DNA from: a virus | Reading direction: 5' to 3' (one strand) | IMG/VR virus record: IMGVR_UViG_3300014293_000001 | Coordinates: 3,732-67,731 of that record | Length of the DNA: 64,000 bases | Shown: piece after piece, positions 9,045 through 19,700 of the stretch | How the letters are laid out: every line of letters begins with the position of its first letter | Position numbering within the stretch: the first letter of the stretch is position 1 | The notes under the pieces: model-generated | Told to the model about the DNA's origin: nothing | What the model saw: only the letters and a program-made list of their open reading frames with translations | The model's database searches: none | Translations under genes and position numbers: made by a program

Positions 9045-10543
9045 TGGCTCAAAAACGTGGTAAAACTAAAAAAATTGTTACCGTCAAATTAGATGATTTG
9101 ACTGGTGGTATGAACATTGCCAAGTCTCCTGAATTTATCAAAGATAATGAAGTTGTTCGCCTAGAAAACATGGAGTTTGATGTAGTAGGTAGTAAGTTAA
9201 GAACACGGAGGGGTTTAAGTACCCCTCTTGCTTCTTTTAATTCTCCTGTGACGCATGTATACAATGATTACGAAATGAATGATTTCTTCGTATTTCTTAA
9301 AAACAAAGAGGTGTACAGATATGAATTCGGCAAACAACCTATATTAATTGGTAAAATTAATGGGGATGCGGAACGCCCTTCTTGTTGTAAATGGAAAGGC
9401 TCTTTGTTAATCGCAAGTGGCTCTAAATTACAAGAATACAATTACCAAACACTTAAAGTAATTGAAGGTAGTCCTAATTGTGATATTGTCTTTACACGTT
9501 CATCTCGTGTAGTTGTCGCCAAAACAGGTTCTGATTTGTTAATTTATTCCGCTATTGGTGACGTAACCAGCTGGAATGAAAATAGTAATGATGCTTCAGC
9601 ACGTAAAGATGTTAATGTTGGTTATGGTGATGGTGGGGACATTATTGCTGTAGCTGAATTAGCTTCTGATGTATTGGTATTTAAAAGCAATGGCTATATA
9701 TATGACGTTCAAAATGAACCAGAAGAATGGTCTATTACTCTACTTGCTAATAATTCCGATGTTGTAAGTAGACACGCTTGTGATAATATTAACTCTGATA
9801 TTGTATTCGTTTCCACTCGTGGTTTAAAATCTGTTAAAAGTTCTCAAGTATATGCCAACTTCAATGTAATGGATATTGGTGATAATATCAATCCAGAACT
9901 TAAAGAAAATGTTACTAAACCATTTATTTCTGACTTGCGAAGGACAAAACAAATGGTAGTTAGTGGTGCTTGCAGTAGAGAAATGTTCGTATACCACTAT
10001 TGGACTGGTGGTTATACTAAATGGATTTTCCCTTATAATGTTACATCAATTTGTGAAAATCAATACCATGTATTATTAGCTATGAATACTGATGATACTC
10101 ATGGTGCTATTTACGAATTTGATTTTAAATATACAACAGATAATGGTTATTCTATTCATCAACTTATTCAATCTAAGGAAATGAGAGACACTCATAACCT
10201 TAATGCTTATAGAACGTATATTGATATTCAGTCTGAACAAAATGACGGTCGTGGATATATTTACATTAATGATGTACAATTAACGCACAAATGGACAACA
10301 ACAGAGCTACAAAGGGAATTTAAAACACAAATTCTTTCCCCAATTCTTCGGTTTAAATTTGAAACAGATGACCCAATTATCTTTAAATATATCTCTTTTG
10401 ATATAGTATTAGAAAGAGAAAGTATGGTTAGTGACTCCTCTGCAACAAGGGGGAGGCGAAAATCAGCACGGCGTAGAAAGGGTAGAGACCAGAATGACTT
10501 CTTGAAAGGAGCTCATAAAAATGGCGATAGCCCTTACAGCTAA
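9044..10543 (+). CDS. hypothetical large structural protein with a basic C-terminal tail
   Basis: TAATG coupling; 499 aa; C-terminus 'RGRRKSARRRKGR'. Confidence 0.55.
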   Translation: MAQKRGKTKKIVTVKLDDLTGGMNIAKSPEFIKDNEVVRLENMEFDVVGSKLRTRRGLSTPLASFNSPVTHVYNDYEMNDFFVFLKNKEVYRYEFGKQPILIGKINGDAERPSCCKWKGSLLIASGSKLQEYNYQTLKVIEGSPNCDIVFTRSSRVVVAKTGSDLLIYSAIGDVTSWNENSNDASARKDVNVGYGDGGDIIAVAELASDVLVFKSNGYIYDVQNEPEEWSITLLANNSDVVSRHACDNINSDIVFVSTRGLKSVKSSQVYANFNVMDIGDNINPELKENVTKPFISDLRRTKQMVVSGACSREMFVYHYWTGGYTKWIFPYNVTSICENQYHVLLAMNTDDTHGAIYEFDFKYTTDNGYSIHQLIQSKEMRDTHNLNAYRTYIDIQSEQNDGRGYIYINDVQLTHKWTTTELQREFKTQILSPILRFKFETDDPIIFKYISFDIVLERESMVSDSSATRGRRKSARRRKGRDQNDFLKGAHKNGDSPYS

Positions 10544-10883
10544 TATACAAAAACATATAGATGAATATCAAAAACGTGTCGGTCGTAGTTATCTTGACGA
10601 TTGGGACTACCTATTCCATCCTCTAATTTGGTTAAGAGAAGATGGTTCTTTCTTAACATTCGGTATTATAGATGATACACTAGAGATTGATATTGGATGT
10701 GGTGTCCCTATTGTTGAGGGGTGGAAACATGTTCACTCTATGGCTAAACAATTAGGATTAAAACGGGTAGCTTCATATACTGATACACGTAATCCCAAAG
10801 CATATGCTAGATTAGCGAAGTGTGAATACGAAGAAAGAACAGACGAAAACGGTACGTATTACTATTTTACAAAGGAGGTATAA
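10521..10883 (+). CDS. hypothetical protein
   Basis: 120-aa ORF overlapping the previous gene by 23 nt. Confidence 0.45.
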   Translation: MAIALTANIQKHIDEYQKRVGRSYLDDWDYLFHPLIWLREDGSFLTFGIIDDTLEIDIGCGVPIVEGWKHVHSMAKQLGLKRVASYTDTRNPKAYARLAKCEYEERTDENGTYYYFTKEV

Positions 10884-11939
10884 ATGGGCAAGTCAAGGAC
10901 TGAATTCCATGAACGCCAATTAACACCAGAAGAACGCCAGCTAATAGCGTTGCAGGGTAGATATATAGACTCAATTCAACCAAGTATTGATGCACTTGTA
11001 AAATATGGCACAGATAACATTAGTAATATTGTTACACCTGATTGGCAAAAATTATACAATGACCAAACAGCTGAAATGCAACAAATTAAAAATGAGTTTA
11101 TTCCTCTTAGCCAAGGCATTCTACCAGACGTATTTGCTAATGCTAAACAAAACTATTTTAATCGTATGTATGAAAATACAATGGGTAAAAACCTAGCCAA
11201 CTTGGCTCAACGTGGTGTTGTTGACAGTTCTCGATTTAATACAACAACAAATGATGTACAGAAAAACTTTGCCGCTCAAATGTCGCAAGATTACGACAAG
11301 AATTTGCAAACAGCAGCTGGCTTAATGGACCAACGTATGAAATATGCGGCTACTCCTATCGAATATGCACAAAGAGCACATCAAGCATCGTTTACTCCTG
11401 TACAAAACTCTTTATCATTAGCACAAGGTCAAAGCCAAGCTACTAACCAAGCATTAGCAACTCAAGGTCAGTTAAATAATGGTAGAACATTTGCCACACA
11501 ATCTTCTAGTGGTGGCTTCTTAGGTGGTGCATTATCCTTAGCTGGTTCTATTATAGCATGTTTCCCATCTTATGTAATGGTTGAAATGGCTGATGGTAGT
11601 GAACAAGCGATTGGCTCTATTCAAGAGGGAGATAAAGTTAAGACACGTAACGGTTATGCTACTGTTTCTGAAAATAGAAACATGGGTATGCAACAAATCT
11701 TCTTACTTGTCACTCATAACCACAAACTTCGTACAACTAGTACGGAAGTATTTAACACACCTGATGGTCGTAAAGAGTTATCTGAATTGTCTGAAGGTGA
11801 TAAAGTTGAAACAAAAGATGGATTTGAGCGTATTGAATTCATTCTTGATACAGAAGACAAGGAAGAAGTATTTGAATTAGTATTAGACACTGACGATAAT
11901 ATGTTCTTGGCAGAAGGTATTTACGCAGAGTCGTTCTAG
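10884..11939 (+). CDS. Q/N-rich virion protein with a C-terminal Hint (intein/Hedgehog-like) autoprocessing domain
   Basis: AAGGAGG SD; Gly-rich hydrophobic 'GGFLGGALSLAGSIIA', then 'CFPSYVMVEMADGSEQAIGSIQEGDKV' (intein block-A-like) and a second '..DG.KELSELSEGDKV' element; the ORF ends with no following extein. Confidence 0.6.
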   Translation: MGKSRTEFHERQLTPEERQLIALQGRYIDSIQPSIDALVKYGTDNISNIVTPDWQKLYNDQTAEMQQIKNEFIPLSQGILPDVFANAKQNYFNRMYENTMGKNLANLAQRGVVDSSRFNTTTNDVQKNFAAQMSQDYDKNLQTAAGLMDQRMKYAATPIEYAQRAHQASFTPVQNSLSLAQGQSQATNQALATQGQLNNGRTFATQSSSGGFLGGALSLAGSIIACFPSYVMVEMADGSEQAIGSIQEGDKVKTRNGYATVSENRNMGMQQIFLLVTHNHKLRTTSTEVFNTPDGRKELSELSEGDKVETKDGFERIEFILDTEDKEEVFELVLDTDDNMFLAEGIYAESF

Positions 11940-11948
11940 GAGGCATAA

Positions 11949-12407
11949 ATGCAAGTAATTCAAGTTCGAGATAATGACTGGCAAACTCAATTAGGCAATT
12001 TGGCTGGTATTATCGGTGGAATGATGTTTAATAACCGTCTTGACCGTGGTGCTCTTCGTGAAGCTAATAACCAAGCTCAAAAAGAAGAATTGGCACGTCA
12101 ACAAGGTTTTACATCTGGCTTAACAAATCTTCAAGGTTTATATCAAAACCCTGAATATGAAAAAAATAAAGATTTACAAAATCAAGCTATGAATATTCAA
12201 GCGGATTTAGCTGGTCGTGGTTATCGTAATGCATTTGGTTTAAATGCTAATACAATCGGTGGTGCACTGACAAATAATGCTGGTGCTATTGACTATATTA
12301 AAGGTTATGGTCAAGCCAACCAAGGTTTGCGGGTACATGACCAAAACTACCAAGATTTTCCTAATTATTGGCAAGCATACGGTGGTTTAACACAAAATAT
12401 TAAATAG
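11949..12407 (+). CDS. Q/N/G-rich hypothetical virion protein
   Basis: AGGAGG SD; 152 aa, low complexity. Confidence 0.5.
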   Translation: MQVIQVRDNDWQTQLGNLAGIIGGMMFNNRLDRGALREANNQAQKEELARQQGFTSGLTNLQGLYQNPEYEKNKDLQNQAMNIQADLAGRGYRNAFGLNANTIGGALTNNAGAIDYIKGYGQANQGLRVHDQNYQDFPNYWQAYGGLTQNIK

Positions 12408-12415
12408 GAGGTACT

Positions 12416-13774
12416 ATGGCTGATTACATGGGATTATTACAGGGGTATGGTTTAACTCCTGCGGCAGCCGCTGGTATCATTGGTAATGGTATGATGGAAT
12501 CCAATATGGACCCTACTATTATCGAAGGTGGCGGTCATGCAAATGAAATTCCAGTTAATGGGACACATGGTTACGGTATCTTCCAATATACAAGTGCAGA
12601 TAGACAACAAGGCTTGGCAGATTTTGCCAAGTCTTTAGGCATTTCGTCTGGTAGTCCAGAAGCACAATTTCAGTATATGCTAAAAGAGCTTGGTCCAGAA
12701 GGTATTAATCAACTTAATAGTTTTGAAACTCCTGAACAAGCCGCCGTGTGGTTCCACGACAACTTTGAACGTAGTGCTGATACTGACTTATATCCAAGAG
12801 AAAAGGCTGCTCGTGATGCATTTTCTCAAGCAGGTTCTCCTACATCTATGACGCGGTATCAGAATAACAATCCCCAAGCTCAAAATTTTGCATTTGATGA
12901 CCCAAATGAAAAACTAGACTGGGGTAAAATAAATCAATTAATGAATTACCAAGTAGCTAGTCCTGAAGTAGAAGCCGCACGTGCTACACAGGCAGGGCGT
13001 ATTGCTGGCTTACGTAATTCATCTTACTTTGGTGAAATGGGAACAGCATTAAGTAGAAATAATGCAGACCAAATGAAAGCCTTAGTAAATCAAGCGGTAT
13101 CTTCCGCTAATACAGCTAATAACCAACAAAAATTAACTAATGCTGGTCAGTTAGCACAAATGATTGCAGATAGTCATAACAGTTCTAATAGCAAGATGTT
13201 AGCAAGTTTAGGTCAAGCATTAGGTGTTCGTTTAGACCCTATGGCTGATAGATATATGAATAATAATCAAATGGCTATGTTGAATATGAAACGCCAACAA
13301 GCACTTGATGACCAAGCTAGAGCATTTGCTCAAAAGAAAGAGTTAATGAATATGCAATTCCAACAACAAAAAGAATTGCAAGAGTCTAAAATGGCACAAG
13401 CACTCGCTGTTGCTGGTATGCGTGCAGGTGGTAGAGGTGCCGCAGGTGTAAAATTACCAGACGGTTCTTACTTAGGTTCTGATGGTCAACCTCATTTAAC
13501 AATAGCACAACAAAATAATGTTGGTAAAATATTAGCGGCTGGTCAAGAAGAATTTACCGCAGCTTCTGATGCGGACTGGGCTAAAACGTCTTATGACGGA
13601 TGGAAAGGCTCAGTAGCAAATACAACACAAAGTATTATTGATAAATTAGCCCCATATGCTAATACAGTAGAAGGACAAGATGCAATATCTAAAGTATTAG
13701 GTTGGCAACAATATGACCAAGATGCAAAAACAAAAGCATGGGGTACAGAAAAACAATCCGCTTATACAGGATAA
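12416..13774 (+). CDS. virion-associated peptidoglycan hydrolase (phage tail-lysozyme-type N-terminal domain) with a Q/N-rich coiled tail
   Basis: AGGAGG SD; 'GIIGNGMMESNMDP...THGYGIFQYT' matches the tail-lysozyme family pattern as I recall it. Confidence 0.6.
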   Translation: MADYMGLLQGYGLTPAAAAGIIGNGMMESNMDPTIIEGGGHANEIPVNGTHGYGIFQYTSADRQQGLADFAKSLGISSGSPEAQFQYMLKELGPEGINQLNSFETPEQAAVWFHDNFERSADTDLYPREKAARDAFSQAGSPTSMTRYQNNNPQAQNFAFDDPNEKLDWGKINQLMNYQVASPEVEAARATQAGRIAGLRNSSYFGEMGTALSRNNADQMKALVNQAVSSANTANNQQKLTNAGQLAQMIADSHNSSNSKMLASLGQALGVRLDPMADRYMNNNQMAMLNMKRQQALDDQARAFAQKKELMNMQFQQQKELQESKMAQALAVAGMRAGGRGAAGVKLPDGSYLGSDGQPHLTIAQQNNVGKILAAGQEEFTAASDADWAKTSYDGWKGSVANTTQSIIDKLAPYANTVEGQDAISKVLGWQQYDQDAKTKAWGTEKQSAYTG

Positions 13775-13787
13775 AGGAGTTTAATAC

Positions 13788-16700
13788 ATGGCAAGATGGA
13801 CAGACGGATTAGCTAATAGAAATGCTCAAGCCGCATATGAAAATAACTTAGCCCAATATGGTTCTGACTATATGGGTAAAGCCAGTTATGATGGTATTCT
13901 TGACGAGACGTTAGGCAACTTTAGTGCTGGTATTGATAGACTAGGTTCTGATATGTTAGGGTCCGTTGCATACGGACTTTCTAACATTGATGGAGATACA
14001 GCACAATGGCTTAGAGGTAAGGCTGAAAACGAAGCAAACTTTTATGCTAATCTAGCTGGCTATCGTAGCACAATGGGCGATACTGCTGATTTACCTTGGA
14101 ATGAGCAAGTAATCAATCCTCATTACTGGGCTGCTCAAATTGGTAATTTTGCAGGTAATACGGTACCACAAATCGGTATGGCTGTTCGTACAGCAGGTTT
14201 TGCAAGTGGTGCGATGAATGTTGGTAAAATTGGTGGTTTACTAGGTAGAGCTGGTTTAAGTGAAGGTTTAGCTGGTAGCGTTGCAAATGGTTTAGGTAAA
14301 GTAGCTAAATATGGTACAGAAATCGCAACAGGTGCTGGTTTAGAAAACCTACAAAATGCTGGTTCTATTTATAACGATTACCGTAATGCTGGTTATAATA
14401 CCGATGTAGCAGGTAGTGCATTTGAACAATCTTTAAACCAAGGTTGGGCACCTGCCGCATTAGATTATATTGCAGACCGTGCTGGTGTTTCTGGTAAAGC
14501 TGGTATGCTTGCTAGTGCGTTCGCTAAAGATGGCGGTAAACTTATTGCTAAAAGTATGCTTGGTAATGCTGTCAATAGTTCACTAGAAGGTTATACAGAA
14601 GCATGGCAACAAGCGATTGAAGGTCGTATCAAAGGGCAAGAAGGTTATGACCAAGTATCTATGTTAGACCCATCTACATGGACTGATGATATGTGGTCTG
14701 CCGCTAAAGACGCATTTAACGTATCTATGGCTGTTGGCGGTATGGGTAGTGCTGCTAGACATATTGGTAATAAGGCATTAAATAAAGCAGATGAAATGGC
14801 TGATTTAACAGCAGATAATGATATTATCAATGATGGTACTCAACCACCTATCGCAGTAAATGATACTCCAATGGCTGATACGGGTATTGATATTGCATCT
14901 GATGTTACTGAAACTCCTGATATTATCAACGAAACTCCACTTGGTAATGTAGAAATTGATGATATTTCTAACGCCTCCTATTCTCCTATGATGGAAGAAA
15001 GTGGTTTTGCGACTGCTGTCAATAAAGCACTTAATAATCGTCCACCTGAAGATTATGCAGAAATGATGAATAGACTTCAAGACGAACGTGCAAATATTAT
15101 GGAGTTGCATGGTGATAAACCTGCTGACCAACTTTCTCCACGTATGTTTGAAGAAAACTTCGTAAACGCTGGATTAGAACCAAAATCTGCACGATTAGTA
15201 TCTCGTAATCTTTACAATGATATGGTGGGTGCAAATAATACTGAGACGATTGAAGATGCAAGTGAAGTACCACAAGAAGAAAGTTTAGCAGATAAAGCTG
15301 ATAGACTTGGTGTAACATTGACAGATGCTGAACGTGCTAATTTAGAACGTGAAAACCCAGATAAAACATCTGTTCGTGAAGTCGAACGCCGTGTTGCAGA
15401 TACTGAAAAGAATAACGCATATAACGACCAAATTCGTGCTATAGCAGAACATCGTAAAGCGTATAATGAAGACAGATATGCTAATTCTCCTAATAAAACA
15501 TTCTTTGAAAACGAATATAAAGATAACCCATATAAAGCACAAGACGCAGCTTACCGTGTACATAATGCAATGGAAGCACGTAAAAAAGATGCTAAAAGTT
15601 CTGATATTAAAAAACAAGAGCAATCTAAAAATGTTCGTAACTACTTAGCTAAAGCTGGTATTAAACCTTCTAATGGTTATTCTACAGAAGAACTTAAAAA
15701 TATCGCAGAATACGCTAAACATATGGATAACCAAGAGCGTACTCCTCAAAACGTGCAAAGCTATATTCAAAACCGTGATATGGCTAAACAGGTTGAGAAT
15801 GTAATTAGTACTTTACCTCCTAAAGACAGTCCTGACTATTTACCAGCTAAACGACATTTAGCACAACAATTAAGTAAACACTTAGTAACAATGGGTGTTA
15901 ATGGTTTTGATGTAACTGGTCCACAATTTGAGAATGTACGTAAAATCTTATCTACGCAAGAACGACGTATGTTGCAAGATAATATTGATGAAGCTAAACG
16001 TGCTAAAGAAGAAACACGTAGAGCAAATTCACAATTAGCTGAACGTAAACCACAAGATACACAAAAGTTTGTTAATAATAAACAAGTAGCTGTATCTGAA
16101 GGTAACTTCGCCGCCGCTGATAAAGAAATGGCTGATTATCTTAACAGCGATAGAGTAACCAATGAAGGCTTACTAGAAATTCAGCGAAGATTATCTCACA
16201 CTAGTAGAGAACATAAACCTAAATTTAAACAAACACTTGATGCTTTGCAATACCGTGCACAAAAAGGAGATATTCTTGGTGGCAAGGTTGGTAATTATAA
16301 TGTAATGGTTCGTAAACCTAATTCCGAATGGAAAGCACGTGAGGTAAAGGATTACACCCGAACTATTGACCATGATAATCCTACAGGTGAAAATAGAGAA
16401 CCTATTGTTACTCCATACGAAGAACGTAAAGCGTTAAATCCTGCACAACCTAAAGAAAAGAAAAAGAAAACTCAGTCCAAATCTCGTACAGTAGACGTAA
16501 CTACAGAAGAACAAAAAGCTAAAATGCGTGATATAGACCAATTAGCGAAATTAAAATCTACATTACAACAGTTTGGTCAAATGAATGAAGAAACAGCTAA
16601 ACAGGCTATTGATTCTGTTCCTATGGAAACGAAGTATGGTAAAGAACAAAAACAAAAATATAAAGAATATGTTCTTCGTCAAGCTAACGAAGATACTGGT

Positions 16701-19700
16701 GACATTGATTTAAGTGATGATATTCAACAACCAGAAGACGTTATATCTAAACATAAAGATACACTAGAAAGTATCTCCAAAGATATTAAATATATTAAAG
16801 ACAATCCTCATATGTCTTTACGTGAATACCAACGTATTTATAATGGTATCGTTGCAAAGCGTAATCATTTAGTTCGTCAATCTCCTGAGTTTGTAGATAA
16901 CTGGAATAATATTTTTAATAAAGTACCTAAATATAAGGTACCTAATGTAACTTCATTAATGCAAGCTATCCGTAAAGGGGAAGTTAAAATTCCTCAAACA
17001 ATACTAAGTTCATTCATTGATAAACCAAATCATTTTGATGAAAACTTAAAAGCATGGTTTACTAAAGATTATAATTTAACTGACGTAGAAAATACACGTG
17101 ATTTTGATAAAACACGTAATGCTATCATTTTGCAAGCAATGCAAAAAGCTTCTACACGTATCAAAACTATTGGTATGCAACAGCTTATGGAAGAGCTAGA
17201 CGACAAGAACGGCAACCATTTATTAGGTCGTTTTGTAAACCGTGCTATTCAAATGTACCCTGTTTACAGAAATAAAGATAAATATAGAAGTTTATCTGGT
17301 AAAGTCGCTGCTAAACGATTATTTCCAGAAGGTGCATCTGATTTTAGTAGTATGAATAGCCCTCTAGCTAAACGTGTATATGCTGATGTTAAGAAAATTG
17401 TACCAGCTGTAATGTCTGACAGAATTGCTAAGAATGGCAAAATTCAAGAAGAACGAATGAAAGATGCCAAAACTAAGAACCAAATTCAATCTGCATTGCG
17501 TTTAGGTGATTATGTAGATGGTGTATTAAATGCACATATTCCTGATGAGCAAGGCGGTACATATGATACTAACATCAAGATGAACATTAAACTTGACGAC
17601 GACTTTAATGTAGAAGCACCAATTCCAGAAGATGTTGATATTGAAGCATTTAAAGAAGCATTGGACTATTACCTATCTGATATGGGTATTATCGCTAACG
17701 ACGAAATGGTCGAAGATGGTAATACAGTTAAATTTGAGGCATCTTATATTCCAGAAACTGTATTTAACAATAGTGCTTATATCGCACAAGCCGCGTGGAA
17801 TACATTAGGTGGTGTAGTTAGACAACACGGTCATGTAATCTTAGATAATGCAAATCTTGACGAAGCAGGTCGTAAAGCGTTACAAACAGAAGCTAAGCAA
17901 GCATGGAAACAAGCTGGGTTTGAACTTATTTCTAACGATGATACATATACTTTAGTACCTATTGAAGAAATTCAAAAATCTATTACAGGTAATAAACAAG
18001 TATCAAATAATAAAAATACTAAATTCCATGAACCCGGTCCTATTGAAATGGATATTTTACGTAAAGTTGCCGATAGAAGCGAAGGTCTTGGAAAATTGTC
18101 AAATGACGAAATGAAAACAATCTTACAATCTATTATGCACCAACTTGACGGAGACCGTGAAGCGTATGTCGCTGTATTACAATATCTCAAAAATCACCCT
18201 GATTTAGAGATATATGTTGCAGATAGAATGTTTGACATGGACTCTCTTGATTATACATTTGATGGTTTCTATATGCCGTCAACCAAGCGATTGTATATGA
18301 CAAAAGATGCTATTATACCTGATGGAGATGTATTCTTGCACGAATTATTGCACAGTGCAACACACTACACTGGCGTAAATGAAATTGTACCAAATGTAAA
18401 TGACGCACTTAGAACATTAAGAAAGGAATTGGAATATGATGAAGGACTTGCAGGACAAATATACAGAGCTTCTGAACCAAGTGAAATACTTACATTTAGC
18501 GGAGAGCACTCAAAGAAAGATGTTGAAAACGCTCTTCAAAATGCCGCAGGCAACATTGGAAGTGCAGCAATCACTATGCGTGATGCTCTCTCTAATACAA
18601 GTGAAGGCAAAACAATTCCAGATTTCCGCAAAGCTAGAAGTGGGAAAGATAATATCCCAGTTGGAGAAAATGCACAGCGAGAAAGAAGTAGACGACTTAT
18701 TCAAAGAGCTAATGCCATTCTACAAGAACAAAAAATAACACCAGAACATTTCGCTAAAATAGCACTGATGGCTGATATGAAAGCGGACGAACCGTTTGAA
18801 TATGCTGATGAACTTATGGACACTCCAGTTCCAGCTGAAGTAAAAATACTTGTAGCGGCGATGACTATCCCTGAAATACCACCTAAATTGGTTAATAACT
18901 ATGATGGTTATAAGTTTATGAATGAAATGATGTCGTATGGTGGCTCTAAATTATTCTCTACTCACACAGTTAAAGAACATTTACGAAATGCATTGAGTGA
19001 TATGAGACAAGTAGGTAAACAAAGTGAGCTCACCAAATTAAATAGAGTAAACAATAAACCAGCAGATGTTTTAAATGCGATGAAACAAAAGATAGATTAC
19101 GCTATTAGAGCTAACGATAGAATTGACCAAGCAGAACAAAAATTACTTGCTGATATTATGGAACATGGTGGTGGTATCATTGAACGTATTAACCCATCAG
19201 AAGATGGTATATCTTTTGCATGGTTCCGTAAAATGCTACAATCTCCATCATCTTTAGCACGTAAACTTGTCCCAGAATTAAAACCTATTATCCAAGCAGC
19301 TTATGTTGCCGCACGTACAGCACGATATAAGCGTAGAGAATATATCGCAGACCTTGATAAATATTTCTTATCCTTAGACGAAAAAGCTGGCGAAGACAAA
19401 CAAATTAATAAACTCTTTGATGATATTGATAAACGTGGTCGTGAATTTGCACAACCAGTTGCAGTCCGCATCAATGGAGAATTAAAATACGCTATTATTA
19501 AACCTAACGATGAATTCACAGAATTTGGTTTAGGCGATGATAAACGTATGCGTAAATTTGTTAAAGCGGAACGTGAAAAGGGTAACCATGTTTACGTTGG
19601 TATGTCTAAAGATGTATACCAAGTTATTTCTAGTAAAGATAATATTGCCGCATACAAAGATAAAGCAAATGCTAATAAAGTAGCGATTGATATGTCTAAA

